Assembly (NCBI GenBank): GCA_964410865.1
Contig: CAYPIQ010000001.1
Coordinates: 180,118-244,117, forward strand
Length of the DNA: 64,000 nucleotides
Source: an uncultured Spirochaetales bacterium
GTDB taxonomy: Bacteria > Spirochaetota > Spirochaetia > JAFGDJ01
Direction: 5' to 3'
Position numbers and translations under genes: made by a program. Below are positions 29,104 through 39,601 of this stretch, piece after piece (within the stretch, counting starts at the first letter, position 1; every line of letters begins with the position of its first letter). The notes below the pieces were generated by a model. That model was not told the DNA's origin. It did not search any database and was given only the letters and a program-made list of their open reading frames with translations.

Positions 29104-30239
29104 CAGCTACCGGCAAAATCTCTTGGATTAACGGCCCGAGTAATAAAGTAGTCTTTCTTTTCCAGTAGATCGATTGTTTTTCCGCCGGATTCTTCCATCC
29201 TTTTGCCCTTGGCATCGACAATAAGTCTCACCAGGGGCCTTAAAGGTGCATCTCCATGAATTCTCTCGACCCTTCCGATGCTTCCGTCGTTTAATATGAC
29301 AATGCTTCCGACGGGGTATATGCCCATGGCTTTTATAAATATTTTAAGAATTTCCGAATCAAACCGACGCGAGTTGTCGTTGAGTATCTGTCTCATTGCC
29401 GTGTATCCTATCATGGAGTTCCTGTAGGGCCTGTCCCGTACCATTGCTTCAAAGGCGTCGACAACGGAAATAATTCGTGAAATAACCGGAATCTGTTTTC
29501 CCTTCAGCTGCTTCGGGTATCCCTTTCCATCCCATCGTTCATGATGCAGCAGGGCAAGCTTGCCTATTTCTTCTGAATATTTCAGTTCGCGGGTTATTAT
29601 TCTGAATGTATAGAGGGTGTGGGTTTGAATCTGCTTTTTCTCTTCCGTGGTAAGATCTCCGGTTTTTTCCAGTATAGCAGACGGTATTCGCGCCATACCG
29701 ATGTCGTGGAGAAGCGCGGCTATCGCAGTGTTCATAATATGATGATTCGGAAAATTGAGATGCTGTGCGAGCACTACCGACAGGATAAGACAATTTACCG
29801 CGCTCGACGCCGTCTGATCACCGGTACCCGGATTCTGCAGGATAAGTGAAGTCATGGCTTCCGAATGATCACGTACCGCGTGCACCAGATTTGTTACTAT
29901 TTCGTCTATATCCGCCGTTTTTACTTTTCTTCCGTTTTTAATATCGTTAAATATTTCTGAAAGGTCCTTCACTGCCTGCGTATAGAGCTTCACGAGCCCT
30001 TCGTCGCCCTTTCCTTCCAGAAGTTTTGAAATAGTCTGTTCTTCTTTCTTTTTCTCTTCTTCCGTGGATATCGGCTTTCCTTCCGTCTCTACAAAGGTAA
30101 TATTCCAGGACTTCAGCCGTTTAATATCCTTTTCTCGAATGACTACGCGTTCCGGTACCAGGAGTGTATCCCCGTCTACATATACCGGCTTATCGAATTT
30201 TTGCCCTGGTTTCAGGTCTTCGACTTTTATTTTCTTCAT
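29103..30239 (-). CDS. HD-GYP domain phosphodiesterase (c-di-GMP-specific family) with N-terminal uncharacterised domain
   Basis: 378 aa; HD motif (ALLHDIGM) and HHERWDGKGYP (HD-GYP signature). Confidence 0.85.
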   Translation of the reverse strand: MKKIKVEDLKPGQKFDKPVYVDGDTLLVPERVVIREKDIKRLKSWNITFVETEGKPISTEEEKKKEEQTISKLLEGKGDEGLVKLYTQAVKDLSEIFNDIKNGRKVKTADIDEIVTNLVHAVRDHSEAMTSLILQNPGTGDQTASSAVNCLILSVVLAQHLNFPNHHIMNTAIAALLHDIGMARIPSAILEKTGDLTTEEKKQIQTHTLYTFRIITRELKYSEEIGKLALLHHERWDGKGYPKQLKGKQIPVISRIISVVDAFEAMVRDRPYRNSMIGYTAMRQILNDNSRRFDSEILKIFIKAMGIYPVGSIVILNDGSIGRVERIHGDAPLRPLVRLIVDAKGKRMEESGGKTIDLLEKKDYFITRAVNPRDFAGS

Positions 30240-30508
30240 AGATTGTCCCGTCTCATATTTTCTTTTTCGTGATCCACAGCGTATACAAACGCGAGCAATT
30301 CGGCCACCACTTCATAAAGATACTCGGGAATAAAGTTCCCCGGGTTGAACAGGAAGAGCGAATCCGCCAGTGCTTCATCGTCTACTATCCGTATTCCGTT
30401 CTCTTTCGCCAGGGTGATAAGTCTTTCGGCCAGTTCCTGTTTTCCCTTGGCCATGATAAAAGGTGCCGGCAATTCGGTTGTATATTTCAGTGCAACCGCT
30501 TTTTTCAA
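30236..30508 (-). CDS. FlhB C-terminal-domain-like small protein (B. subtilis YlqH-like; EscU/FlhB family fragment)
   Basis: 90 aa; MKKAVALKYTTELPAPFIMAKGKQELAERLITLAKENGIRIVDDEALADSL..., resembling the FlhB cytoplasmic domain after the NPTH cleavage site. Overlaps the HD-GYP start by 4 nt. Confidence 0.8.
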   Translation of the reverse strand: MKKAVALKYTTELPAPFIMAKGKQELAERLITLAKENGIRIVDDEALADSLFLFNPGNFIPEYLYEVVAELLAFVYAVDHEKENMRRDNL

Positions 30509-30541
30509 AGTTACATCCCCCCACCGGATGATGAAAACTGC

Positions 30542-31522
30542 TCAGACGTACGTGTCGATACCTTCCGTTGCTATATCTCCATCATCAGTCATGTCGCTGC
30601 AGAAACTGTCTACTCTAATAATATCGTCAACTTTCACACCGAGGTTATGGAGTTTTTGCTTTAATCCTTGTAATTCCCGTACCGTTTCTCTGCTTTCCGG
30701 CGGGTTGTCGGAGTATACATGTACAACTCCTCCACCGGAGATATCCGTTACGGAAAACCTCCACGACCTTTCCGAGGATTCGCAGAATACCCTCATATCG
30801 GTCGGTTTTCCCGTTCCTTTTTCCAGGCGAACATGTACGGAACCATGTAATCCCCCGTAATCGTCCTCTGTGCCGAAGGGAACGATAATCCAATGATACC
30901 GGCTTCCTTCTTTATGGTTGAAAAGCTGGACGGGGTCCTCTTCCCGGCCTTCACGAAATATCGCTTTTACCTCTTCTTCCGTCGATTCTTCCTTTCCCTT
31001 TCCAGGGCGGCCGTCCTCCCCCTGCCTTTTGCCGCCGTGCTTTCCGAGACCATAGAGGTAGTCGATTATCCGTGGAGGAGAATCCAGTCCCTTATCAAGG
31101 AGAGACGCCAGGAGCCCCGCGGAGAACGAATCCTGTTTCGACGCACTTTTGAGCCGCCTTCCAGCCCGGAGAATAATATCCGGTTTTAAGGGCAGCCCTT
31201 CCTGTTTGAAGGCCCTCAGAATAAGCCGGGATAACCTGTCATCGGGGAGACCTGCTTCCCGGAGAAACTCCGTGAACCTGGCCCCGGGTTGCAGGGTTTG
31301 AAATATAACGGTTCTGCCGTGGATATACACCCGGGCCTGGAATACGCTTCCCTTTTCCAGGGGAATTGTCGAACCAACCCTTATCCTGAGTCCTTTTACA
31401 GAAACCTCATAACCCTTGGACGAGGAACCGAGCACCTTGAGGGATACAGTATCACCGGATTTGAGATTTTTAAGGAGTCCCGCCGGAACTCCCGACTGTG
31501 GGACAAACCCCTGGATTATCAT
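30542..31522 (-). CDS. Hypothetical protein, possible FliK-like (Flg_hook) domain; YlqG-position homolog
   Basis: 326 aa; N-terminal DTVSLKVLGSSSKGYEVSVKGLRIRVGSTIPLEKG resembles the hook-length-control C-domain pattern; sits between rplS and the FlhB-like gene. Confidence 0.35.
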   Translation of the reverse strand: MIIQGFVPQSGVPAGLLKNLKSGDTVSLKVLGSSSKGYEVSVKGLRIRVGSTIPLEKGSVFQARVYIHGRTVIFQTLQPGARFTEFLREAGLPDDRLSRLILRAFKQEGLPLKPDIILRAGRRLKSASKQDSFSAGLLASLLDKGLDSPPRIIDYLYGLGKHGGKRQGEDGRPGKGKEESTEEEVKAIFREGREEDPVQLFNHKEGSRYHWIIVPFGTEDDYGGLHGSVHVRLEKGTGKPTDMRVFCESSERSWRFSVTDISGGGVVHVYSDNPPESRETVRELQGLKQKLHNLGVKVDDIIRVDSFCSDMTDDGDIATEGIDTYV

Positions 31523-31556
31523 ACCAACCGGGTCTCTGTTCTCCTCGGCCCCTGTA

Positions 31557-31910
31557 TCAGCGCTTCTTACGGACCAGCTCCTGGACCTTTGCGGCCTTAC
31601 CTACCCTGTTACGCAGGTAGTAGAGTTTTGCCCTCCGGACCCTTCCTCTTCGTACTACTTCGATTTTTTCTATCCTGGGGGAATAGAGGGGGAAAATCCG
31701 TTCAACCCCTACACCGTAGGATATCTTTCTGACCGTAAAGGACCTGCGAACACCGGCATTTTTAAGTGCTATACAGACACCCTCGAAGACCTGGATCCTC
31801 TGGGTCTGGCCTTCTACTATCCTGTAATGTACCTTCAGGGTATCTCCCGCCTTGAAGTCGGGAATACCTTCTTTTATCTGTTCCTGTTCTACTGCATTAA
31901 TCACATTCAT
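31557..31910 (-). CDS. rplS: 50S ribosomal protein L19
   Basis: 117 aa; [60 protein letters not shown]. Confidence 0.95.
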   Translation of the reverse strand: MNVINAVEQEQIKEGIPDFKAGDTLKVHYRIVEGQTQRIQVFEGVCIALKNAGVRRSFTVRKISYGVGVERIFPLYSPRIEKIEVVRRGRVRRAKLYYLRNRVGKAAKVQELVRKKR

Positions 31911-31956
31911 TGTTTCTGTCCTTCCTTCTTACCATTTCTTTCTTAACGTACACAGA

Positions 31957-32649
31957 TCATGCATCTTCGGCTTCCGTACTGGTACGATTCAGGAGATCAG
32001 GCCTGTTTTTCATCGTTTTTTCCAGGCTCTTTTCCTTCTTCCATTGCATTATATGAGCATGATGCCCTGAGAGGAGCACCTCCGGAACCCTCATTCCGCG
32101 GAACTCCTCCGGCCTGGTATACTGCGGATACTCGAGAAGGCCGCCGGAAAAGCTCTCCTCTTCCAGCGACTCTTTCCTGATGACCCCTTCTATCAACCGG
32201 TAGACCGCATCGATAATAACCAGTCCCGCCAGCTCTCCGGATGAAATGACATAGTCTCCCAGGGAAACTTCATCCGTAACATACAGGTCGATAATACGCT
32301 GGTCTATACCCTCGTAACGTCCGCAGATAAATACCAGCTCATCTTCCTTCGCCAGTTCAGCAGCATATGCCGTTCCGAACAGCCTGCCCGACGGCGTCGG
32401 ATAGACTACCCGTTTACCCCGCGCATTCACCGAATCCAGCGCTTCTGCCAGCGGCTCGGGTTTTAGTATCATTCCGGGGCCGCCCCCGTAGGGATAGTCG
32501 TCACAGGTCCGGTGGCGGTCCCTGGCGAAATCGCGAATATCCACCACCTGATACCGGATAATACCCCTGGCCACGGTTTTGGCCATAATCGAACTCAAAA
32601 AGTACGGTTCGACAAGCTCCGGAAACAATGTACAAATTGTTAGCGTCAC
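31957..32649 (-). CDS. trmD: tRNA (guanine37-N1)-methyltransferase
   Basis: 230 aa; TLFPELVEPYF, SPOUT-knot motifs (ICGRYEGIDQR, VSLGDYVISSGE). Confidence 0.9.
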   Translation of the reverse strand: MTLTICTLFPELVEPYFLSSIMAKTVARGIIRYQVVDIRDFARDRHRTCDDYPYGGGPGMILKPEPLAEALDSVNARGKRVVYPTPSGRLFGTAYAAELAKEDELVFICGRYEGIDQRIIDLYVTDEVSLGDYVISSGELAGLVIIDAVYRLIEGVIRKESLEEESFSGGLLEYPQYTRPEEFRGMRVPEVLLSGHHAHIMQWKKEKSLEKTMKNRPDLLNRTSTEAEDA

Positions 32650-33147
32650 CTACAGCAACCAGTCCAGTTTTAATTCGATACTCTTCTCGCTCGTCCGGAT
32701 TTCGCCGATGTACTCCTCCTCGAAGGGTATAAGTCTCGGGCCCTCATCCGTCCTTATCTCGAGAAGGTCCTTGGGTCCGCTTTCTACCGTCGCCACAACC
32801 GTGCCCACGAGCCTGCTCTCGTAATATACAGAACAGCCGAGAAGGTCCGCCTGGTAGTACTCCCCCTCTTCCAGAGGGCAGGCGTTTTCCCGCCCGGTCA
32901 ATACCATACTGCCGGTGAGCCCGGCCGCTTTTTCCGGAGAATCTATACCGCCTAGCTTGGCCAGTAGATCCTTCCCATGGAAACTCATAGCTTCCACGTC
33001 GAAACATCGTTCCGACGATCCCTTCACCAATACCACCTGCTCGAGCCGGAGAAAATGCTCCCGTTCACCCGACAGACTGATGATTCGCAGGTCACCGTGT
33101 ACACCATGGGGCTTTGAGACCCTGCCAATGGCTATCCGATCGTTCAA
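32650..33147 (-). CDS. rimM: 16S rRNA processing protein RimM
   Basis: 165 aa; [22 protein letters not shown]-terminal beta-barrel plus PRC C-domain; abuts trmD. Confidence 0.85.
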   Translation of the reverse strand: MNDRIAIGRVSKPHGVHGDLRIISLSGEREHFLRLEQVVLVKGSSERCFDVEAMSFHGKDLLAKLGGIDSPEKAAGLTGSMVLTGRENACPLEEGEYYQADLLGCSVYYESRLVGTVVATVESGPKDLLEIRTDEGPRLIPFEEEYIGEIRTSEKSIELKLDWLL

Positions 33148-33377
33148 TCCAGAATTTCCAGCACGATCCTCTTGCCCAGCTTGGTCGCCGAAGCACTCAG
33201 GATGGTTCTGATCGCCTTTGCGATTCTTCCATGTTTTCCAATAACCTTTCCGATATCCTCCTGGGATACCTTGAGCTCCAGGATCGTCGATTTCTCCCCT
33301 TCTATCATGTTGACAACAACACCGCCGGGGTCGTCCACCAGCGATTTTGCGATATATTCAACCAGGTCTTTTTCCAC
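33144..33377 (-). CDS. KH-domain RNA-binding protein (YlqC/UPF0109 family)
   Basis: 77 aa; [24 protein letters not shown] (KH GxxG loop). Confidence 0.8.
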   Translation of the reverse strand: MEKDLVEYIAKSLVDDPGGVVVNMIEGEKSTILELKVSQEDIGKVIGKHGRIAKAIRTILSASATKLGKRIVLEILD

Positions 33378-33387
33378 ACCAGGCTCC

Positions 33388-33636
33388 TTACAGGAATATC
33401 TTCATCTTGTTAAGAAGCCGCTTCACCGTATCCGAGGGCTGGGCGCCCTGTGCAAGCCATTCCCGTATCCTGTCTTCCTTGAGATTGATCTGGTTTTCTT
33501 CAACTTCGATGGGATGGTAGTATCCCACCTCTTCAAGTGTTCTTCCGTCCCGGGGAGCCCTTGAATCCATAACAACGATTCGATAGTAGGGTTTCTTCTT
33601 TGTACCGAATCTCTTCAATCGTATCTTGACACTCAC
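33388..33636 (-). CDS. rpsP: 30S ribosomal protein S16
   Basis: True start is GTG preceded by AGGAGG-5nt: (M)[31 protein letters not shown].... The ORF-track entry 33388..33675 is over-extended from a TTG. Confidence 0.9.
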   Translation of the reverse strand: MSVKIRLKRFGTKKKPYYRIVVMDSRAPRDGRTLEEVGYYHPIEVEENQINLKEDRIREWLAQGAQPSDTVKRLLNKMKIFL

Positions 33637-33671
33637 ATGAACCTCCTGCAGTTCCACCTGTACATGTATTT

Positions 33672-35000
33672 TCAACCGCCGAGTCGAGACATCATTTCGG
33701 CCTGGTATTTTTTATTCTTCACGGCTTTCTTCATAGTCAGCCGCATTTTATCGAATTTCTTGAGAAGCCGGTTTACATCGTATACCGATGTTCCGCTTCC
33801 CCTGGCTATTCTCTTTCTCCTGGATGGGCCTATTATCCTGTGATTCCGCCTCTCCTTTTTGGTCATGGAGAGAATAATAGCTTCCTCCCTGGTCATTTCC
33901 TTCTCATCCAGATCGTCCTCGCTTATCTTGCCGGAAGCCCCGGGGATCATCTCGATAAGGGACTGCAGACTGCCCATCTTCCTTACGCGGGCAAAGGATT
34001 CCAGATAGTCCTCCAGGGTAAATGTCGCCTTCGCTATCTTCTTTTCAAGCTTTTTTGCTTCATCTTCCTGAATCGTTTCCTGGGCTTTTTCTACAAGGCT
34101 TACCACATCGCCCATGCCGAGGATCCTGGAGGCTATTCTTTCAGGATAGAATGCTTCCAGGCTTTCCAGTCTCTCGCCGGTGCCGATGAATTTGATCGGT
34201 TTCCCCGTTACCGATTTAAGCGAAAGAGCTGCTCCGCCCCGGGCATCCGAATCGAACTTGCTCAGAATGACGCCGGTGATGCCGACCTTTTCGTCGAATT
34301 CCTTTGCAATGTCCACGGCCTGCTGCCCGGTCATTGCATCGGCCACAAGAATCGATTCCACAGGATCAACGATTTTAGCAATGCTTGCTATCTCGGCCAT
34401 CATTTTCTCGTCGATGTGCAGACGCCCCGTGGTGTCGAAAATCACCGTATCGTAGAGCTGCTTTTTTGCATGACGAAGACCGTTCTTGGCGATTTTAACG
34501 GGGTCGGTGCCCTCTTCCCGGTAAACGTCTATACCCGCCTGCCCGCCCAGAACGACCAGCTGTTCGACCGCCGCAGGGCGTACCAGGTCCGCCGCTACCA
34601 GGAGGGGTTTTCTGCCCTCTTTCCGCAGCCGGAGAGCCAGTTTTGCCGCCGTGGTAGTTTTACCCGATCCCTGCAGCCCCATAAGGAGGACCGTACTGAG
34701 GGTATCCGGGCCTTTCAGAGCGAGTTCCTGCCGTTCATCCCCGAGGAGCTGCACAATCCTGTCGTGAACGATCTTTGTAAACTGCTGGCCCGGGTTGACC
34801 GCCTTCATGACCTTCTCGCCCTTGGCGTCCTCTATCGTCCTGTTTACGAAACGACGGACCACCCGCAAGTTTACATCTGCTTCGAGAAGGGCAATTTTTA
34901 TCTCGTTCACCGTATCTTCTATGTTTTTTTCGGTGATAACGGACTTGCCCGAGACCTGTCTGAATATATCTGAAAATTTCTCTGTAATTCTATCCAACAT
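33672..35000 (-). CDS. ffh: Signal recognition particle protein Ffh (SRP54)
   Basis: 442 aa; N domain, G domain ([21 protein letters not shown]), M domain with Met-rich C-terminus. Confidence 0.95.
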   Translation of the reverse strand: MLDRITEKFSDIFRQVSGKSVITEKNIEDTVNEIKIALLEADVNLRVVRRFVNRTIEDAKGEKVMKAVNPGQQFTKIVHDRIVQLLGDERQELALKGPDTLSTVLLMGLQGSGKTTTAAKLALRLRKEGRKPLLVAADLVRPAAVEQLVVLGGQAGIDVYREEGTDPVKIAKNGLRHAKKQLYDTVIFDTTGRLHIDEKMMAEIASIAKIVDPVESILVADAMTGQQAVDIAKEFDEKVGITGVILSKFDSDARGGAALSLKSVTGKPIKFIGTGERLESLEAFYPERIASRILGMGDVVSLVEKAQETIQEDEAKKLEKKIAKATFTLEDYLESFARVRKMGSLQSLIEMIPGASGKISEDDLDEKEMTREEAIILSMTKKERRNHRIIGPSRRKRIARGSGTSVYDVNRLLKKFDKMRLTMKKAVKNKKYQAEMMSRLGG

Positions 35001-35093
35001 GATGATTAAGCCTTAATATCCCGACATTTATACCTGTTAAACGACTGAATGTCAATGCTGCCGGGTTCCACCCGGTATACCGGTACGGCAGGT

Positions 35094-36260
35094 TTAACGG
35101 ATGCGTATGAAGTTACGTTCGAGGTAGACAATTCTTTCGGCCGCTGAATTGTAGAAGATACTTGCCGGGAAATTTTCGGTTATTTTTTTATAGTAGAAGA
35201 GCGACCGGGTTATATCCCTGGCGGGGCCGGGTTTTTCATACAGCGAGCCCAGGGCAAAATAGACCCTGTCGATGTTCCTCGAATGAGAAAATTCCTCTGC
35301 GCATAGCAGGAGGATCTCCAGCGCCCGCCGGTAACGGTCTGATTTTACCGCTCTGTCCGCTTCCTGCAGGGCTTCATAGAACCCCAGGGCCACAACCTCC
35401 TCGGCTGCAGGTTCCTCCGGTACCGTATCCTCTTCGGGGACATGGAGCTCATCATCCCAATCGTCCTCCGTATCCGTTTTCTCGGAAATTGCACTGACCT
35501 GGAGAACCGCCCGTTCGAATCGGTCCTCCAGGATATCGGTGAACAAAAAGGACAGCATATAGGTCTCTTCCTCCGGTATGAAGAAGGTGAATTCCGTTTC
35601 CCCGGTGGAGATAGTTCGCTTGATGAGCCGTACGCCGGCGGGTTCGGATTTTTCGAAAACCCAGCCTTCCCCTTCCAGGACATAGTCGAAGGGTGTGCCG
35701 GTTTCGACCTCCAGACTTTCCGCCTGCACGGGCACCTCCTCCGTCCCCTCGGTGCTTCGCTCCGTTTTCATCTCCGGTTCTGCGGAGGCCCCGGCAACCA
35801 TATCCTGCCCTTCTGATCCTTCACTGGCGGCAGGAATTGCCGGCCGTGCCGGACCGTCTCCTGAGGCAGGTATATCCGCCTGTTCTTTCCGCGGTTGAAC
35901 CGTAACAACCTCTTCTACCACGGGAACGGGAGATACCTCCTCCTGGTCCGTGTGCCACGGATAAAGCGGAACTTCCGGTTGAGACATCGGTGGTTCAGGC
36001 ACGGGAAGACGCTGTACCACAGGATCGGTCTGGGACGGCACGGCCGGAAGAACAGCCTGCACGATATCCGGCCGGCTTTTTCCCAGGTCACCGGCTGGGT
36101 GTTCCGGGGTAAGGGTCTCCGGGCTTTGTTCCCTGCTCTCCGACGGCCCGGGGTCCGCCGTTTCGGGCTCCCGTACGGGGGTAGCGGCACAGGCCGTTAG
36201 GATACACACTACACATACCGGAAGTATACTGAAATAACCAATGGGTCGGGATTTCCTCAT
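35094..36260 (-). CDS. Hypothetical Pro/Glu-rich lipoprotein
   Basis: 388 aa; signal peptide plus lipobox (ILTACAAT), extended low-complexity PE-rich region, structured C-terminal about 150 aa. Confidence 0.5.
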   Translation of the reverse strand: MRKSRPIGYFSILPVCVVCILTACAATPVREPETADPGPSESREQSPETLTPEHPAGDLGKSRPDIVQAVLPAVPSQTDPVVQRLPVPEPPMSQPEVPLYPWHTDQEEVSPVPVVEEVVTVQPRKEQADIPASGDGPARPAIPAASEGSEGQDMVAGASAEPEMKTERSTEGTEEVPVQAESLEVETGTPFDYVLEGEGWVFEKSEPAGVRLIKRTISTGETEFTFFIPEEETYMLSFLFTDILEDRFERAVLQVSAISEKTDTEDDWDDELHVPEEDTVPEEPAAEEVVALGFYEALQEADRAVKSDRYRRALEILLLCAEEFSHSRNIDRVYFALGSLYEKPGPARDITRSLFYYKKITENFPASIFYNSAAERIVYLERNFIRIR

Positions 36261-36266
36261 TACCGG

Positions 36267-36611
36267 TTACCTCCCTTCCAGGAGAGTGTTGGTATTCTCT
36301 TCCCGGATAATATCGAGGACAATACCGGGAACATCCTGCCGAAACCGTTGTGCAGTAGCCTCGTCCCAACGCTCGGCCGGTTCCCTGGATGGGGTAATAT
36401 CCATATAGTAGGGGGTACGGTACTTCTCCGGAATGAGGAAATCATCAAAACCGAGGACCTGCTCAGAGTCGACTTTAACAGTATCAGCGCCGGCGCCGGT
36501 CGTTTTTCTCTTTGCCAGGGAAACGGAGACGGCAATAACCAGGGACAGGACAAGAACCGAAAGAAACGCCGACAGGAATATGGTCAATTCTTTCCTGGTA
36601 AAGAGCCTCAT
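36267..36611 (-). CDS. Hypothetical membrane-anchored small protein
   Basis: 114 aa, single N-terminal TM; start overlaps the smc stop by 4 nt. Confidence 0.4.
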   Translation of the reverse strand: MRLFTRKELTIFLSAFLSVLVLSLVIAVSVSLAKRKTTGAGADTVKVDSEQVLGFDDFLIPEKYRTPYYMDITPSREPAERWDEATAQRFRQDVPGIVLDIIREENTNTLLEGR

Positions 36612-39406
36612 CCCGTTACTCCGACCTTCTCTCCCCGTTCAAGACTTACCGTGACAACCTTGGAAACCCCCGATTCTTCCATGGTAACTCCCAGCAGCGT
36701 ATTGGCTCCCGTTACCGTTCGTTTATTGTGGGTAATAATGACAAACTGTGATCTCTTTTCAAAGTCCATGAGTGTGTTTATAAACCGGCCTACATTCTCT
36801 TCGTCCAGGGCGGCGTCTATCTCGTCGAGTATACAGAAGGGTGACGGCTTTACCATGTACGTGGCAAAAAGAAGAGCCACCGCGGTGAGAGATCTTTCTC
36901 CGCCGGATAAAAGAGCGATGTTTTCCAGCTTTTTCCCCGGCGGCTGGGCAAAAATATCTATGCCGGAAGACAGGATGTCTTCATAATCGGTGAGCTTTAA
37001 TTCCGCACGACCTCCTCCGAAGAGCCGGCGGAACATGAGATGGAAATTCTTTCGTATCTTCTCGTATGTTTCGGTAAACAGCCGGGTGGACTCGGTCCTG
37101 ATATGCTCGGTAATCTGATTGAGGTCTTCCCTCGCCTTTGTCAGATCGCTGAGCTGACCGGTTAGAAAGTCATACCGCTCTTTGACCTCGTTGAATTCCT
37201 CCGGCGCCATGAGGTTGACATGCCCCAGATCGCGCCGGCGGTTCTTGAGCATGCCGAGTTTTGCCCGCAGGTCCTGGGGGTTCTTTTTCAGTTCATGAAT
37301 CCTCGAATCGTATTCCGAAAGGCTCCGGGAATACTTCTCCCGGAAGTTGTCGTAGATGTTCCTGATATCCGCCTGGAAGGTAGTGAGTTCTATCTGCAGC
37401 TTTTCGATGTCTCCCTGGATTTTTTCAGTCTTCTTGAGCTGTTCTTTCAATTCCTTTTCCCGGCCGATGATCCGCTGGTTCTTTTCGGAAATTCCCTTTT
37501 CCAGGTCCTCCAGATCCTTCCTGATAATCTTTTCTTCTTCTTCCAGTTCTTTTTTCTCTTTTAAAATACCTGCTATATTCCCGTCTATATCGCCTATTCT
37601 CTTTTCACAGTAGAGTTTTTCCTGATCGTTTTCGGTCTTGCGGTTTTCCTGCTGAGTCCGGTCTTTCTGCAGAAGGTCTATAGCCTCGCGAATCCCCTCC
37701 TGCTGCGTTTTCATCTGCATCTTGTTGAGCCGTAGGTCTTCAAGGGTTTTTCGATATTCTTCGATTTTTACCTGCAGCCTTTTGTTTTCAGCCGTTAGTT
37801 CACCGGTCCTCTCCCGGCATTCCAGGGCTTTCTTCTTACGGTTGGCTGTCTCCTGGTCCAGGAAGCGTTTTCTAGTGATGATACCCTCGGGGGCGACAAA
37901 CTCGTCGATAAACCTGGGAAACTCCGCCCTGTAGGATTCGAAGACCTCCATTAATCTTGCCAGTTCTTCGGAGAGCCCGCGGAGAAAGACCAGATATTTC
38001 TCCACCGAAGGGGCGTCGTCTCCCGCTGTCCCTAGTTTCTCAGCGTCGGACCAGTAGTCTATCTTACCCTTGATTCCCAGGGCCAAGGAATGGAGCTTTT
38101 CGCGTAATTTGGCCTCAAGATCCGACCGTTTCCTGTAAGAATAACCCGATCGGAACAGTCCTTCATCCAGCTGAGTAACGATATCGTCCGTAAGCCCGCG
38201 CAGTTCACCCTCCAGCTGTTCCTGCTCGTCGGAGAGTTTCCGCATCTCGGCGTTCAGATTCCTGATTTCTTTTTCGTTCTCCCGTATCACTTCGCCGGCG
38301 CTATCGATTGCCCGCTCGAATTCCGTTATATTCTTCTCTACCGACTGGAGTTCAGAGGCGAAATTTTCATATACCCGGCGTTTCTCCCCTATCTGGTCGT
38401 CGAGAAAGGAAATCCGACCTTGTATGTCCGTTTCCCGTTCTACACAGGCCTGTACCTGGCGCTCGAGTTCCCGTTTTCTTTCTCCCAACATCCCGGCCTG
38501 GTTCTCTCGAGAGTTTTTTTCCAGGTCGATACCATAGAGTTTTTTCTGTCCCGAGACCAATTTTTCTTCCATGGCATTTATGATATCCAGGCCTGAAGAC
38601 AAGGATTGGTTGATACCGTCTATTTTTTCCTTCAACCGGGCCCGTTTTTGTTCCGTGTGTTCGAGGAGTTTTTCCTTTTCAGTCTGTTTTTCGAGATAAT
38701 CCCGCAGCTTGAGCAGCTGTATGTCCGTGTCTACTTCAAAGATATCGGCTTCCAGTTTCCTGAACTGGTCCGCCTTCTCCGCCTGCTTCTTCAAGGAATC
38801 GTAGGATCTTTTTACCTCGCCGAGGATGCCCTCGACCCGACGAATATGTTCTTCCGTGTGGGCAAGTTTTCTCTCGGCTTCCGCACCTCGGGACTTGTAT
38901 TTTGTAATACCGGCCGCCTCTTCGAAAATAAATCGGCGTTCCTCCGGCTTGTTGGAGAGTACCTGGTCTATCTTGCCCTGTTCCATGATGGAATAAGCCG
39001 ATTTGCCTACGCCGGTATCGAAAAAAATCTCCTTGAGCTCCCTGAGCAGGACCCCTTGACCGTTTACAAAGTATTCACTTTCTCCGGAACGGTACAGTCG
39101 CCGTTTTACCGATATTTCCGGCATATCCAGGGGAAGAATTCCCGTGTCGTTGGAAAGAACAAGGGTAACCTCCGCCACGTTGAGCGCCTTGCGGTTCTCC
39201 GTACCGTTGAATATGACGTCTTCCATCCGGTCCGCCCGCAGGGTCTTTGTGGATTGCTCTCCCAGGACCCATTTTACCGCGTCGACAATATTACTCTTTC
39301 CGCAGCCGTTGGGGCCCAGGAGTGCGGAGATACCTTCCCGGAATTCGATTTTACTTCTGTCGGCAAAGGATTTAAAGCCGAATAATTCTATACTTTTAAG
39401 GAACAC
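36608..39406 (-). CDS. smc: Chromosome partition protein SMC
   Basis: 932 aa; N-terminal Walker A (LLGPNGCGKSNIVDAVKWVLGEQS), long coiled-coils, C-terminal signature and Walker B (LSGGERSLTAVALLFA...FCILDEIDAALD). Confidence 0.9.
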   Translation of the reverse strand: MFLKSIELFGFKSFADRSKIEFREGISALLGPNGCGKSNIVDAVKWVLGEQSTKTLRADRMEDVIFNGTENRKALNVAEVTLVLSNDTGILPLDMPEISVKRRLYRSGESEYFVNGQGVLLRELKEIFFDTGVGKSAYSIMEQGKIDQVLSNKPEERRFIFEEAAGITKYKSRGAEAERKLAHTEEHIRRVEGILGEVKRSYDSLKKQAEKADQFRKLEADIFEVDTDIQLLKLRDYLEKQTEKEKLLEHTEQKRARLKEKIDGINQSLSSGLDIINAMEEKLVSGQKKLYGIDLEKNSRENQAGMLGERKRELERQVQACVERETDIQGRISFLDDQIGEKRRVYENFASELQSVEKNITEFERAIDSAGEVIRENEKEIRNLNAEMRKLSDEQEQLEGELRGLTDDIVTQLDEGLFRSGYSYRKRSDLEAKLREKLHSLALGIKGKIDYWSDAEKLGTAGDDAPSVEKYLVFLRGLSEELARLMEVFESYRAEFPRFIDEFVAPEGIITRKRFLDQETANRKKKALECRERTGELTAENKRLQVKIEEYRKTLEDLRLNKMQMKTQQEGIREAIDLLQKDRTQQENRKTENDQEKLYCEKRIGDIDGNIAGILKEKKELEEEEKIIRKDLEDLEKGISEKNQRIIGREKELKEQLKKTEKIQGDIEKLQIELTTFQADIRNIYDNFREKYSRSLSEYDSRIHELKKNPQDLRAKLGMLKNRRRDLGHVNLMAPEEFNEVKERYDFLTGQLSDLTKAREDLNQITEHIRTESTRLFTETYEKIRKNFHLMFRRLFGGGRAELKLTDYEDILSSGIDIFAQPPGKKLENIALLSGGERSLTAVALLFATYMVKPSPFCILDEIDAALDEENVGRFINTLMDFEKRSQFVIITHNKRTVTGANTLLGVTMEESGVSKVVTVSLERGEKVGVTG

Positions 39407-39601
39407 GAGTTCTCCCGGAGTTTACGAGGCTGCTACCATTCATGACGAACGGATTACGATGTTTTTCAACAGGCACATTCCAAGCGATTTTTGAAACATC
39501 CATCAATACTATAACACAGATAAAGCGATATTGAGAAGAGGAAGGGGACACTATGGATGGTGTTATTGTACCTTCAGCGGTAATGGAATACACTGCTTGA
39601 T

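Noticed and set aside
39407-39601. smc/rnhB divergent intergenic region and the 45768..46176 gap as sites of SRP RNA, tmRNA or 6S RNA
   Set aside because: I could not find the SRP domain-IV core, the tmRNA tRNA-like ends (GGGGCTG...TCGAATCCC...CCA), or a 6S-like bubble by eye. Left as unassigned; Rfam scanning would settle it.
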